The notes beneath the pieces are model-generated. The model searched no databases, was not told the origin of the DNA, and was given only the letters and a program-made list of their open reading frames with translations. Below, piece after piece: positions 26,516 to 34,929 of a DNA stretch of 38,086 bases. Position 1 is the first letter of the stretch. Every line of letters starts with the position of its first letter. This stretch comes from a virus (Duplodnaviria; Caudoviricetes): positions 1 through 38,086 of IMG/VR virus record IMGVR_UViG_3300036820_000048; one strand, written 5' to 3'. The position numbers and the translations under genes were made by a program.

Positions 26516-26709
26516 GGCTTCTCCACCTTTCTGACTTGGTCGCCGTCGCGAAGCAACAGCATCAGCGTGCTGTCGCTATCCCAGCGAACGCTCAGCTGGC
26601 CGAAAAGCTCGCCGTAGCTGATCACAATTCCCTCATCGCCTGGCTTAAGCCTGGTGTACGGGTCACTGGTATAGACGAGGGCGATGCGATCGCCGGGCTG
26701 ATAGCTCAT
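26512..26709 (-). CDS. DUF4314-like small SH3-fold protein, first gene of island B
   Basis: MSYQPGDRIALV...DPY..LKPGDEG.V...GQLSVRWD..STL.L...D; purine-rich RBS before the ATG at 26709. Confidence 0.7.
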   Translation of the reverse strand: MSYQPGDRIALVYTSDPYTRLKPGDEGIVISYGELFGQLSVRWDSDSTLMLLLRDGDQVRKVEKP

Positions 26710-26744
26710 CTTTTTTCCCTTCCCTTCTCTTCCTACTAAGTACC

Positions 26745-26776
26745 ATTCTACATCACTGAAGCGCAAATGTAAACAC
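26745..26776 (-). promoter_or_regulatory. Sigma70-type promoter, island B
   Basis: GTG-TTTACA-N17-TAGAAT. Confidence 0.8.
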
Positions 26777-26797
26777 CTGGCGTGAGGAGTTTTCAAG

Positions 26798-27082
26798 ATG
26801 CCGACGCGAGTCCAGCTTCCCAAAGGCTGCACTGGTCTGGATGCCCGAGACGGGAAGAGGTATGACGCCACGAGGCCGGGCGGGTCGGTCGTTATAGAAG
26901 ATCGCCACGCGAGCCAGCTCGCCGCAAGCGCTAATTCAAACCGGTCCACCGGGCTGCTGTCCGCTAACCAGCCGCTATCCTTCGGCACGAAAGCCGGTCG
27001 CTGGTGCGCCGCATGCCGACGGCTGTGGAATGTTTGGAACGACAGCTGCCCGCGTTGTGGCGGGTCTACCAGCCATGTCTAA
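26798..27082 (+). CDS. Small protein with a C-terminal zinc ribbon
   Basis: GAGGAG RBS; CAAC...CPRC. Confidence 0.7.
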   Translation: MPTRVQLPKGCTGLDARDGKRYDATRPGGSVVIEDRHASQLAASANSNRSTGLLSANQPLSFGTKAGRWCAACRRLWNVWNDSCPRCGGSTSHV

Positions 27083-27218
27083 TCCAGCGTGTCCTGCTAC
27101 GGATCGTGACGTAGCATGCGAGTTTTCCGTATACATTCCGGAATAGCTCGAATGCAAAAATACACCGGCTGAACTCATCTCGCCAGACGATGTGCACATA
27201 CTCGCGTACCTGGCTCAC
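27066..27218 (-). CDS. Possible 50-aa leaderless antisense gene (VSQVREYVHIVW...)
   Basis: Open frame filling the intergenic gap, with TAAGCT 6 nt before the GTG; below the ORF-track cutoff. Confidence 0.35.
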   Translation of the reverse strand: MSQVREYVHIVWRDEFSRCIFAFELFRNVYGKLACYVTIRSRTRWIRHGW

Positions 27219-27265
27219 AGCCCTAGCTTACTACGATGTAAACAACTACAGGAGGAATCTGCATC

Positions 27266-27832
27266 ATGACTCTTCACGCCCGGCGAGACGTTGACTACGT
27301 CTCGGTGGCCGGTGGCTGTGGAGCCGCGCATACTCGCACGGTGACCCACGGCGCTCGGTCAGCACACTGGGAACTGATCTGCCCCCGCTGCGAGGCGGTA
27401 CTCACCAGAACACACGACCCCCACTGGGCCGCTACCAGAGCCGAAGTACCTGAGACCCCCGACGAAGTTACCGCCCGTGAGCACCTTGAGAAGCGTGGTG
27501 TCCGGGACCGGGAAACCGTCATCACCGCCGCGCTAGCCAAGCTGGCCGGCATCGCGGACAACAGCGCTACTGGCGGCCAAGTCGATGCTGTCGTGTGCCG
27601 TCGGGGCCACCGCAACCTGCCGCAGTCTCGGTTCTGCGGCGAGTGCGGTATGCTGCTCTCCGACGTCGAGTCGGTATCCGAACCGCCGGTACTGGCGGTA
27701 CCGCGGTCGTCGCCTCAGCACTCCGCCGACGAGCTGCGAAAGCTCCCCGTCGGAGAACTTCGTCGCCTTGCCGAAGAAGCCGGCGTCAACCCGAAACAGC
27801 CCAAGCGTGATCTCGTAGATGCACTTAGCTAG
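27266..27832 (+). CDS. Hypothetical protein with a zinc ribbon and a C-terminal Rho-N/HeH-like helical motif
   Basis: AGGAGG RBS; CPRC, C..GH....FCGECG; LRKLPVGELRRLAEEAGV...KRDLVDAL. Confidence 0.7.
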   Translation: MTLHARRDVDYVSVAGGCGAAHTRTVTHGARSAHWELICPRCEAVLTRTHDPHWAATRAEVPETPDEVTAREHLEKRGVRDRETVITAALAKLAGIADNSATGGQVDAVVCRRGHRNLPQSRFCGECGMLLSDVESVSEPPVLAVPRSSPQHSADELRKLPVGELRRLAEEAGVNPKQPKRDLVDALS

Positions 27833-27840
27833 CATAGCGG

Positions 27841-27877
27841 AAGGCGCCCGAGCCTTTTTTGCTCGGGCGCCTTTTTT
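27841..27877 (+). terminator. Intrinsic terminator
   Basis: AAGGCGCCCGAGC / GCTCGGGCGCCTT stem followed by a T-tract. Confidence 0.8.
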
Positions 27878-27900
27878 CTAGAATGATTAATCTGGACAGC

Positions 27901-27935
27901 AAGAAGGCCCGGCGTTACGCACCGGGCCTTCTTTT
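27901..27935. terminator. Second, possibly bidirectional, terminator
   Basis: AAGAAGGCCCGG / CCGGGCCTTCTT stem next to the end of island C. Confidence 0.7.
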
Positions 27936-27946
27936 AGGTGAAGAAC

Positions 27947-28315
27947 CTAGAACAGCTCGAACTGCCTCCATGCAGCTATGCCTTCTGGAGTATGTGGGTG
28001 AAACGGGGCGTACCAGGATCCGTCCGGTTGCCGTATCTTGAGGAATTCGCGATCCTCGTGGGTGTTGATTTCCCTGGCGGCTTCGAGTATCTGGTAGAAA
28101 ACTCCGTTGAGGTCGAGCTGGGAGGGGTCGAATGATTCGACGCGGGTGAGGGTGATCTCTTTGCGGCATATCCCGTCAGCATCGGGGTACGAGCTGTCTA
28201 CCGTATCGATCTCGAGGTAAACGTAGACCAGGTTTCCCATGCTGATCGCTTCCACACGCCAGCCCGGCTTGAATGCGGCGGTGTTGATCGCCCATGCTGC
28301 GGTTTCCGAGTTCAT
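27947..28315 (-). CDS. Hypothetical protein, island C
   Basis: ATGA overlap with the upstream gene; 122 aa. Confidence 0.7.
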   Translation of the reverse strand: MNSETAAWAINTAAFKPGWRVEAISMGNLVYVYLEIDTVDSSYPDADGICRKEITLTRVESFDPSQLDLNGVFYQILEAAREINTHEDREFLKIRQPDGSWYAPFHPHTPEGIAAWRQFELF

Positions 28316-28875
28316 GACTCACCCAGGATCTCAGCAACCGAAGCGCCGTAGATAGCCGCTGCTCTGTCTAGAGCTTCCTGAGCCTTGGCCAGCTCGCGCT
28401 CGGCGGCTCGGCGATTCTGATCGCGTTGGTGATCGGCGGTTTCGGCCGCGGAGATCCAGAGGTCAATCGGGCCATCGCCGCTGGACCAGATCCGCCCGTC
28501 GTAGATGAATCCCGGAGAGCATGGGCACGAGCAGCCGGCCTTGCGGCTGAACCGGAAATCGTCGATGCTCAGGGAGACGGCCTTGGTCGTCCAGAGCGCC
28601 GAGGGGCCGCAGGCAGCAGCGATAGCCGGCAGTGCTTTCTCGATTTTCGCCTTCGCCGCAGCGATCTCAAGGCGGTGGTACTTCCGCCATAGCTTGTCAT
28701 TTTCCGCGTTGACGCCTTGGATACCGGATGGCGGCTTCTCCATCTGGATGTCTTCGTCTTGCAGACTCACGTAGACCCGAGTCTTGGTAGCCGTACGACG
28801 GTCTCGCCAGTCCTTACGGCGAGCCTGGACGTTGAGGCTGCGGTCGGTGAGGTTGACGCTGAATGCGAGTTCCAT
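28312..28875 (-). CDS. Hypothetical protein with a GCSCPCSPGF motif, island C
   Basis: AAGGAG RBS and an upstream promoter. Confidence 0.75.
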   Translation of the reverse strand: MELAFSVNLTDRSLNVQARRKDWRDRRTATKTRVYVSLQDEDIQMEKPPSGIQGVNAENDKLWRKYHRLEIAAAKAKIEKALPAIAAACGPSALWTTKAVSLSIDDFRFSRKAGCSCPCSPGFIYDGRIWSSGDGPIDLWISAAETADHQRDQNRRAAERELAKAQEALDRAAAIYGASVAEILGES

Positions 28876-28920
28876 GTGAGGTTTTCTCCTTCTGGTTTCC
28901 TTCTCTTCCCTACTGAGTAC

Positions 28921-28952
28921 AGCTTATCACAGCTCGACAAGAATGTAAACAC
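28921..28952 (-). promoter_or_regulatory. Sigma70-type promoter, island C
   Basis: GTG-TTTACA-N17-TAAGCT with extended TG. Confidence 0.75.
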
Positions 28953-28972
28953 TTCTGGGAGGGAGCCCCAGC

Positions 28973-29917
28973 GTGACTTTCCCCCTCTCCAGCTTGACGC
29001 CATATGTAACGCCCGCGGTACTTACTCAGGCACCGACTGGGATCAGCTGGTCTACCATCCCGCCTGGCCGAGACACCACCTACGAGATGCGGCTGGCTGA
29101 GCAGCAGAACATCTGCGACCGCGCTACCGCCCAAGTCGATGAATACTGCAACCAGCTTCTTCGCGCCAGCATCGACAACGAGCAGTACTCCGGGCCGGAC
29201 TACCGGATGACGATCCAGCAGCATACCGGCAACTGCCGGATGATCCTCCAGAGCTGGCCGGTAACGAGCATCCTCAGCATCGAGGTGTCTCCTAACACAT
29301 TCCCACGCCGGTACTACTCACTGACGGAAGATTACTGGGACATCGAGTGGCCGCCGCTGGGCATCTACGGTACCAGTGCACCAGGGGCTTCGGCGAATGG
29401 TGGCCAGTCTATCATCTTCGCCCCGTCGGTGAGCTGGTGCCTAGGGCGGAACGGGTTCCAGGTCAGAGTCGGCTACATCAACGGCTGGCCACATACCGGG
29501 CTGACGACTGCGGCAGTACCCGGCGACGAAGAAATCCAGGTCAACGACTGCACCGGCTGGTCTATCACGTCTGAAGCTACCGGCGTCACCGGAGCTACTG
29601 GAAAGGTCTACGACTCTGGCAGTACCGAGGTCGTCCAGGTCACCGAAGCATCAGCTACATCCGGCCCCGGTACGCTGTCGCTTGCTACCGCGATCCAGTT
29701 CAGTCATGACGTTGGCACGATGATCTCTACACTACCAGCGTCGGTGATCTGGGCCACGACGCTGTTCGCTACCAGCATCGCTCTGACCCGAGGCGCTACC
29801 GCTACTACGATCCAGACCATCCCCGGTGGAAGTGGGTCTACGGGAGGCAGTAAGGAGCCCGGCGACCTCGCCGGTGAGGCGGAACTCCTTCTGAATCCAT
29901 ACCGGCGGGTGATCTGA
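28973..29917 (+). CDS. Putative head-tail adaptor/connector protein
   Basis: N-terminal PYVT...RATAQVDEYC and C-terminal AELLLNPYRR, typical of adaptor proteins; position between head and tail genes. Confidence 0.6.
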   Translation: MTFPLSSLTPYVTPAVLTQAPTGISWSTIPPGRDTTYEMRLAEQQNICDRATAQVDEYCNQLLRASIDNEQYSGPDYRMTIQQHTGNCRMILQSWPVTSILSIEVSPNTFPRRYYSLTEDYWDIEWPPLGIYGTSAPGASANGGQSIIFAPSVSWCLGRNGFQVRVGYINGWPHTGLTTAAVPGDEEIQVNDCTGWSITSEATGVTGATGKVYDSGSTEVVQVTEASATSGPGTLSLATAIQFSHDVGTMISTLPASVIWATTLFATSIALTRGATATTIQTIPGGSGSTGGSKEPGDLAGEAELLLNPYRRVI

Positions 29918-30607
29918 TTGTCGTCTAAGAAAACCGCCGCGGCAGCTAAGGGTCATGGCGCCCAGCACGCCAAGAAAACGGTCGCTAAACCGGCCAAGAA
30001 GAAGGCTACGACAGCCAAGCATCCGGCAGCTAAGGCGAAGGGGCATACTGCCCACAAGACTAAGGCTAAAACGACGACCAAGAGGGCGCTAGCCCTCGGT
30101 GATGAGCTCGCGTGCTGTGCTGCTGAAGCAGTCGCCGCATCGCTCCGGGAGCTCGGTATCTACGTAGGAGACGAGGCAGTTCTGGAGCTTTTCCAGGCTT
30201 CAAGAGGAGATCCGGATCAAGGCGTCATGATCGCGGATGTGCTCCAGACTGCCTCCCAGCGAGGGCTACTAGGCTGGAGACCATCACGCTGGACATGGAT
30301 CAACCCTGCCGAAGAACTGACGGATACCGTCATTCTGGGACTGGATCTACCCGGTTCTCATGCCGTTCTGGCCACCCCCAAGGGGTGGTGGTCGTGGGGT
30401 GAATTGTACCGTCCGGGCGAGTTTCCTCATGCGGTAATCGAAGAAGCCTGGGCGGTGAGCTGGAGTTTAGCTAAAAGATGCACTCCCACAGAGCCTGCCC
30501 GCCGTTTACGCGGCACTAAGGCCACGCATTGCGCTCAACCTCCCGGACGATCTTCTCCCGAACCCCAGGCAGGCCGTGGTAAGACGTGCACGCTGCTCTC
30601 GTCATAG
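29918..30607 (+). CDS. Lys/Ala-rich N-terminus + papain-like (Cys-His) domain
   Basis: ACCAAEAVA ... D.GV ... SHAV ... WSWG pattern. The TTG start and the last ~45 aa are uncertain. Confidence 0.5.
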   Translation: MSSKKTAAAAKGHGAQHAKKTVAKPAKKKATTAKHPAAKAKGHTAHKTKAKTTTKRALALGDELACCAAEAVAASLRELGIYVGDEAVLELFQASRGDPDQGVMIADVLQTASQRGLLGWRPSRWTWINPAEELTDTVILGLDLPGSHAVLATPKGWWSWGELYRPGEFPHAVIEEAWAVSWSLAKRCTPTEPARRLRGTKATHCAQPPGRSSPEPQAGRGKTCTLLSS

Positions 30608-30910
30608 CTGAGTATTAGCACCCTGGCGTGTCCATACGAGAGCTACACGCCTGCCTGGTTTGCGGCTGGTTTCCGACGTCGCCGGACCTGTACCGCTACT
30701 GATCCGAGTCGTCCTAGTCGTTGAAGACGCGGACGGCGAACGGAACCTTGCTACGTAGCGCGAGCAAAGCGGGCTTCAGGTCCCAGTAGAGGATATCGCC
30801 GTCGCGGTGCTCCTCGTGCTCGACTACGAAGACGATATCCGCTGTGTTCTGGTAGCGGCTGATCAGGGTGAGACCCACATCGCAGGCATCGTCGTACGGA
30901 TGAGGGGCGG

Positions 30911-31246
30911 CTAGTCCTCCTCGCCCGGTTCGGGGAGCCCGATGTAGGTGCGGATCGCCGCGAGGCCGCGCTGAGCGTCTCCCGGCTCCATAGCCCATGC
31001 GGAACCGTGGTAGCTCTGGTTGTCCACCATGTGCCGTAGCGTGTCCACGTTGTACCCGACGCCAGCCCAGCTGCAGCTGTCATCGCCAGAGGCGCTGAGT
31101 GTACGCATCCGTGAGCACGTAAGCTTGTGCGACCCACGGATCCGCTTGGGACAAGCCGAGCAGCGCCCGGTGTGATTCTGCAGCCAGGCATTCAGTACGT
31201 ACCAGTCCCATAGCAGTCTGCTAAGAAATATCTCCCAGCTAGTCAT
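30911..31246 (-). CDS. Hypothetical protein, island D
   Basis: GGAGG RBS and ATGA overlap with the upstream gene; CSAC motif. Confidence 0.55.
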   Translation of the reverse strand: MTSWEIFLSRLLWDWYVLNAWLQNHTGRCSACPKRIRGSHKLTCSRMRTLSASGDDSCSWAGVGYNVDTLRHMVDNQSYHGSAWAMEPGDAQRGLAAIRTYIGLPEPGEED

Positions 31247-31530
31247 TTTCCCTCCCAGGTCTCGACGATCTTCACATCTCTACCGAACTTCCGCCTCAGC
31301 ACGTAGCGGAGGTCTTCCAGTCCGTGGCCGTATGTGATCCAGTCTCCGGCTCGCGGGCCCTGGCGGGTGCTGCTTACCGACGGGATGACGTATTCAACGT
31401 CTACCGGCGTGGTGTAGCTGTACAGCCAGCTCCGGAGCATGTGGTTGCCGGCGCCGATGACTCGCTCGCGCTTGATGCTGACGATAACCGGCTCGGTCTT
31501 GGTTTCACTAATTGCCGCGGTCTTACTCAT
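31243..31530 (-). CDS. Hypothetical protein, first gene of island D
   Basis: GAGGAAGGA RBS and an upstream promoter. Confidence 0.7.
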   Translation of the reverse strand: MSKTAAISETKTEPVIVSIKRERVIGAGNHMLRSWLYSYTTPVDVEYVIPSVSSTRQGPRAGDWITYGHGLEDLRYVLRRKFGRDVKIVETWEGK

Positions 31531-31550
31531 TCCTTCCTCTTACTGACTGC

Positions 31551-31583
31551 AGCCTATCACGGGCTCCACCATAATGTAAACAC
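31551..31583 (-). promoter_or_regulatory. Sigma70-type promoter, island D
   Basis: GTG-TTTACA-N18-TAGGCT with extended TG. Confidence 0.7.
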
Positions 31584-31596
31584 TTCGGAGACATCC

Positions 31597-32109
31597 GTGC
31601 CTATCAACTCAGCCCAGGTCTACATCTGCAACCTGCTAGATGGCCTGATTATGCCGGGTACGGCCGGTAACCTCCGCGCCTACATCACCCCGCCGGATCC
31701 GGATGTTGAAGCAGAGATCCCGCACGCGTACGTGTGGCCTAGCGACGGCGACGAGTCGCGAGACCACACCAAGGGCGGTACCGTACCGAGGAATACCGGG
31801 TACGGCACGCCGAGCGGCTACAAAGCGTTCGAGCACCACATGGACGTCTACCTGGTCTGGTATGGCCAGGATGACGACCCGAACTCCGATACGTGGTTCC
31901 CCGGCATGGTGGATGCGGTCATGCTTGCGCTGCGGACGTCTCCGGACCCGGCCGACGCGACCGACCCATACACCGAGCAAGGCACGACACTGATCGACGT
32001 TGGCGAGAACATGAGCTACCGCATCACGATCCGGGCTCTCGACGATCAGCGCTACAACCGCTACGACGCGCTGATCTCTTTGGAACTACTCGAGATCATG
32101 CAGTTCTAG
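31597..32109 (+). CDS. Putative tail completion/terminator protein
   Basis: GGAG RBS before the GTG at 31597 (the track start at 31324 runs through island D); acidic 170 aa upstream of the major tail gene. Confidence 0.55.
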   Translation: MPINSAQVYICNLLDGLIMPGTAGNLRAYITPPDPDVEAEIPHAYVWPSDGDESRDHTKGGTVPRNTGYGTPSGYKAFEHHMDVYLVWYGQDDDPNSDTWFPGMVDAVMLALRTSPDPADATDPYTEQGTTLIDVGENMSYRITIRALDDQRYNRYDALISLELLEIMQF

Positions 32110-32112
32110 CAT

Positions 32113-32274
32113 TCAATCGCCCACGGCTTCCCCTGCTATGACGATGCTGCAGACAGGTGGTCGGTGGTGATCGTTGCAAGCTGGGTAGTACTCGTAGCCA
32201 AGCTCGTAAAAGACGCACTCATCCGGATCAGGATCGCAGCCTGGCCAGGATGAGTCGTCGCACAAGCACTTCAT
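32113..32274 (-). CDS. Possible 53-aa Cys-rich leaderless antisense gene (MKCLCDDSSWPGC...)
   Basis: Open frame filling the gap between two + genes, with TGA-TAAAGT 7 nt before the ATG. Confidence 0.45.
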   Translation of the reverse strand: MKCLCDDSSWPGCDPDPDECVFYELGYEYYPACNDHHRPPVCSIVIAGEAVGD

Positions 32275-32318
32275 ATTTCCCACTTTATCAGCGTACTTCT
32301 CTATCGTGGAGGCCTTTT

Positions 32319-32552
32319 TTGCCTGCCTGCCGCTACCTCGGCTCCGGCTCGAGGATGTACATGGACTACGTAAACGAGGCCACCGGCAAGATGCTTACCG
32401 CCGAGCCGGGCGGCAGCTACGACATCCGAGTCACCTGGGACGTGCTCCCCGTCCCGCCGGCTGACGGATTCTGGGAGACCACGACGGAAGAGCCGGCCGA
32501 CTCGTTCGAGCCGGCCGAGCCGGCCGAGCCGGCAGCTCAGGAAGAGGAGTGA
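32319..32552 (+). CDS. Small acidic protein upstream of the major tail gene
   Basis: GGAGG before the TTG at 32319; EPA repeats at the C-terminus. Confidence 0.55.
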   Translation: MPACRYLGSGSRMYMDYVNEATGKMLTAEPGGSYDIRVTWDVLPVPPADGFWETTTEEPADSFEPAEPAEPAAQEEE

Positions 32553-32553
32553 C

Positions 32554-33897
32554 ATGAGCTACGGTGGCCCGAATGTTTTTCCCGGCAGTAAGACCTTCCT
32601 CGGCCTGACGCGAGAGCAGAACGCCGGCAGCGCCGCGATGCCCGGCACGCTGCCCGGGATCGCCGGCATAGCAAGCACGATCCCGATGGACAAGAGCAGC
32701 TTCGAGCCGGAGGATACGCCTCACTGGCTGCCCGACGAAGCGATCCGCGGCAGCATGGCCCAGCTGTTCAACATGATCCTCGGACCGGAAGATGCGACGT
32801 TCAGCTACGGCGGGCCGTTCTACGGAGACATCGAGGGGTTTTTCCTCGACAATGCGTTCGGAGACTTGTCTAGTTACTACACCGGCACGTTCGGGTCGGC
32901 AACGGCGGTCACCGGTGGCGGCTCGATCGGGAGCACGGCGGTAACCGTCACCGCCGGTGCCGGCTTCACGATCGGTGGCTTCGCTCAGTTCGAGGGAACT
33001 GCTTCATCGAGCGCGGAAGTAGTAGCGGTTACCGGTACCGGTGCGACCAGCCTCTCGTTCGGGAACACCCCGCTGCGGTTCGCTCACAGTGGGACGGTGA
33101 GCTCGGTCAACGGAGGCAGCGCGCCGGTAAACCCGTTCAGTCACACGTTCGCGCTGCTGAACTCTACCCTAGGATACGGCGGGTCGTATGGGGCTCAGCC
33201 ACCAACGCATACGTTCGGCGACTACCTCGGCCCGATGACCGGGCTGGGCAACAGTCCCGCTAACCTCTACGGCATGCGGCTGTACCCCAGCTCCTGCATT
33301 ATGCAGCTGGACTTCACTGGTAACAGTGAGCAGCTACTCGAGGCGAAGGCGTCTGGGTCAAGCTGGATCTCCGTACCGGCCGGAACCGCACCTACCAACG
33401 CGGTCAGCGCGGTAGTTCCGGTGCCGAACTGGCGATCCACCATCCAGATGGGAATCCCCGGCTCGCCAAATACGCTGGGCCAGGTTTTCACCATCGGGGA
33501 ATTCAGCATCAGCGTTAAGCGCCAGCTCCAGGTCTACTTCACCGACCAGGGTGTGCAGAACCCGTACATCATCGCCCGTGGTCCGCTCGGTGCAACTGGG
33601 ATGGTGAACTTCAGCGCTCCAGGCGACGAGACCGCGCTCCAGGAAATGCTGCAGAACACTCAGCCTGCTATGCAGATCGCGATCAACAACGGGTCGGCGG
33701 CGACGGCGCTGACCTATATCGGCATCACGTTCAACCTCCACCAGACTGCGTTTACTAAGTCCAAGCCAACGCGGTCGGCGGTGCTGGTGTCGTACGAGAA
33801 CGAGTGGCAGGCAGTAGCTAATACCACAAACGTCGGCGGCAGTGGCGGGCTCGGCCCGATCACGATCAACCTCGTCAATGCCGTTCCCACCTACTAA
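32554..33897 (+). CDS. Major tail (tube) protein
   Basis: GAGGAG RBS; Gly/Ser/Thr-rich 447 aa; KTFLGL.RE N-terminus; directly before the frameshifting chaperone and tape measure genes. Confidence 0.75.
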   Translation: MSYGGPNVFPGSKTFLGLTREQNAGSAAMPGTLPGIAGIASTIPMDKSSFEPEDTPHWLPDEAIRGSMAQLFNMILGPEDATFSYGGPFYGDIEGFFLDNAFGDLSSYYTGTFGSATAVTGGGSIGSTAVTVTAGAGFTIGGFAQFEGTASSSAEVVAVTGTGATSLSFGNTPLRFAHSGTVSSVNGGSAPVNPFSHTFALLNSTLGYGGSYGAQPPTHTFGDYLGPMTGLGNSPANLYGMRLYPSSCIMQLDFTGNSEQLLEAKASGSSWISVPAGTAPTNAVSAVVPVPNWRSTIQMGIPGSPNTLGQVFTIGEFSISVKRQLQVYFTDQGVQNPYIIARGPLGATGMVNFSAPGDETALQEMLQNTQPAMQIAINNGSAATALTYIGITFNLHQTAFTKSKPTRSAVLVSYENEWQAVANTTNVGGSGGLGPITINLVNAVPTY

Positions 33898-33909
33898 GGA
33901 GTATAAGGC

Positions 33910-34248
33910 GTGAAAGTAGACCTGGCCGATGGGGCCTGGGCTGAGATCCGTGACAAGCTCAAAGGGAAAGACAAGTTCGCCATTCACCGAGCACTAACGT
34001 TCGATATCACGGATAACGGCGTCGCTCAGAAAGCATCGGCCGAGCTGATGACGCTGATGACTACTACGCTGCTTTCCCAGGTCATCACCTCATGGTCATT
34101 TCCCGAGCCTGTTCCTAGCGAGTCCGATAACCCGCGAGGCGTGCTCGAGGAGCTCGATCTGGACGATTACAATACGCTGGAGGAAGCTGTCAAGCCGCTG
34201 CTTGATAAGGTGATGAAGTTCCCAAACCGCGCGACGCCATCCGACTGA
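33910..34248 (+). CDS. Tail assembly chaperone (gpG-like)
   Basis: Follows the tail tube gene; VITSWSF motif; slippery site near the 3' end. Confidence 0.8.
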   Translation: MKVDLADGAWAEIRDKLKGKDKFAIHRALTFDITDNGVAQKASAELMTLMTTTLLSQVITSWSFPEPVPSESDNPRGVLEELDLDDYNTLEEAVKPLLDKVMKFPNRATPSD

Positions 34249-34469
34249 AGGGGATTTTCATCTCCGAGGGGAAGCAAGACCTTCCTCTTCCGGATGGCAT
34301 GCCGAACTGGGTTCTCACCGATCGCTGGTTCTGCAAGGTCTACGGCCTGAAACCGTGGGAAGTGGCTGAGCTTCCCATTGAAGACGTGACCTGGTGGCCC
34401 ACTATCGAGAAAGCTGAAGCCGATGCCGAGAAGTGGAAGGCCAAGCAGGAGCGCAGCAGGAGGAGGTAG
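34221..34469 (+). other. -1 ribosomal frameshift site C CCA AAC and gpGT-like extension
   Basis: X XXY YYZ heptamer at 34221-34227 in the correct phase. The -1 frame is open to TAG 34467-34469 (...FCKVYGLKPWEVAELP...). Confidence 0.8.
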
Positions 34470-34474
34470 AGCTT

Positions 34475-34921
34475 ATGTCGATCACGGTGACGCTCAACGA
34501 TACCACGGACGCGATCGATCATCTCAGAGACCTAGCAATTCGGGCAACGCGAGCCGCGGCCGAGGGCATGGGAGCTGCCGGGCAGCGAGCAATCATCAAG
34601 GAGCTGTCGGTAAGCAGCCACCCGCCAGGCACTAAAACTCCGTCAGCTTCCGGATCGCCGCCGGCGCTGGTGACCGGTCAGCTGAGGCGGTCGGTACAGC
34701 GGACCAGCTCAGTGTCTACGGGGGAGGGGACCTGGGAGACTCACATTGCCCCGACCACGGTATACGCCAGGATCCAGGAGCTCGGCGGTCGCGCCGGACG
34801 TGATCACCGCTCTACGCTGCCTCCGCGGCCGTACGTCGCACCGGCCATCACCAAGGCCGAAAGCAGCATCCAGGACGCGGCCACTAAGGTGTTTCAGCGA
34901 GTGATCGCTGAGGGAAGCTAA
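34475..34921 (+). CDS. HK97 gp10-like head-tail/tail component
   Basis: AGGAGG RBS before the ATG at 34475; P..VTGQLRRSV, YARIQELGG and PPRPYVAPA motifs. Confidence 0.75.
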   Translation: MSITVTLNDTTDAIDHLRDLAIRATRAAAEGMGAAGQRAIIKELSVSSHPPGTKTPSASGSPPALVTGQLRRSVQRTSSVSTGEGTWETHIAPTTVYARIQELGGRAGRDHRSTLPPRPYVAPAITKAESSIQDAATKVFQRVIAEGS

Positions 34922-34929
34922 GAGAGCAG

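Noticed and set aside
30516-30605. 29-aa minus-strand ORF
   Set aside because: Too short, overlaps a + ORF and has only a weak -10 match.
30714-30998. Third gene of island D
   Set aside because: The C-terminal ~65 codons look protein-like, but the GAGGAGG near 30915 is not followed by a canonical start in that frame. It may be a remnant and was left uncalled.
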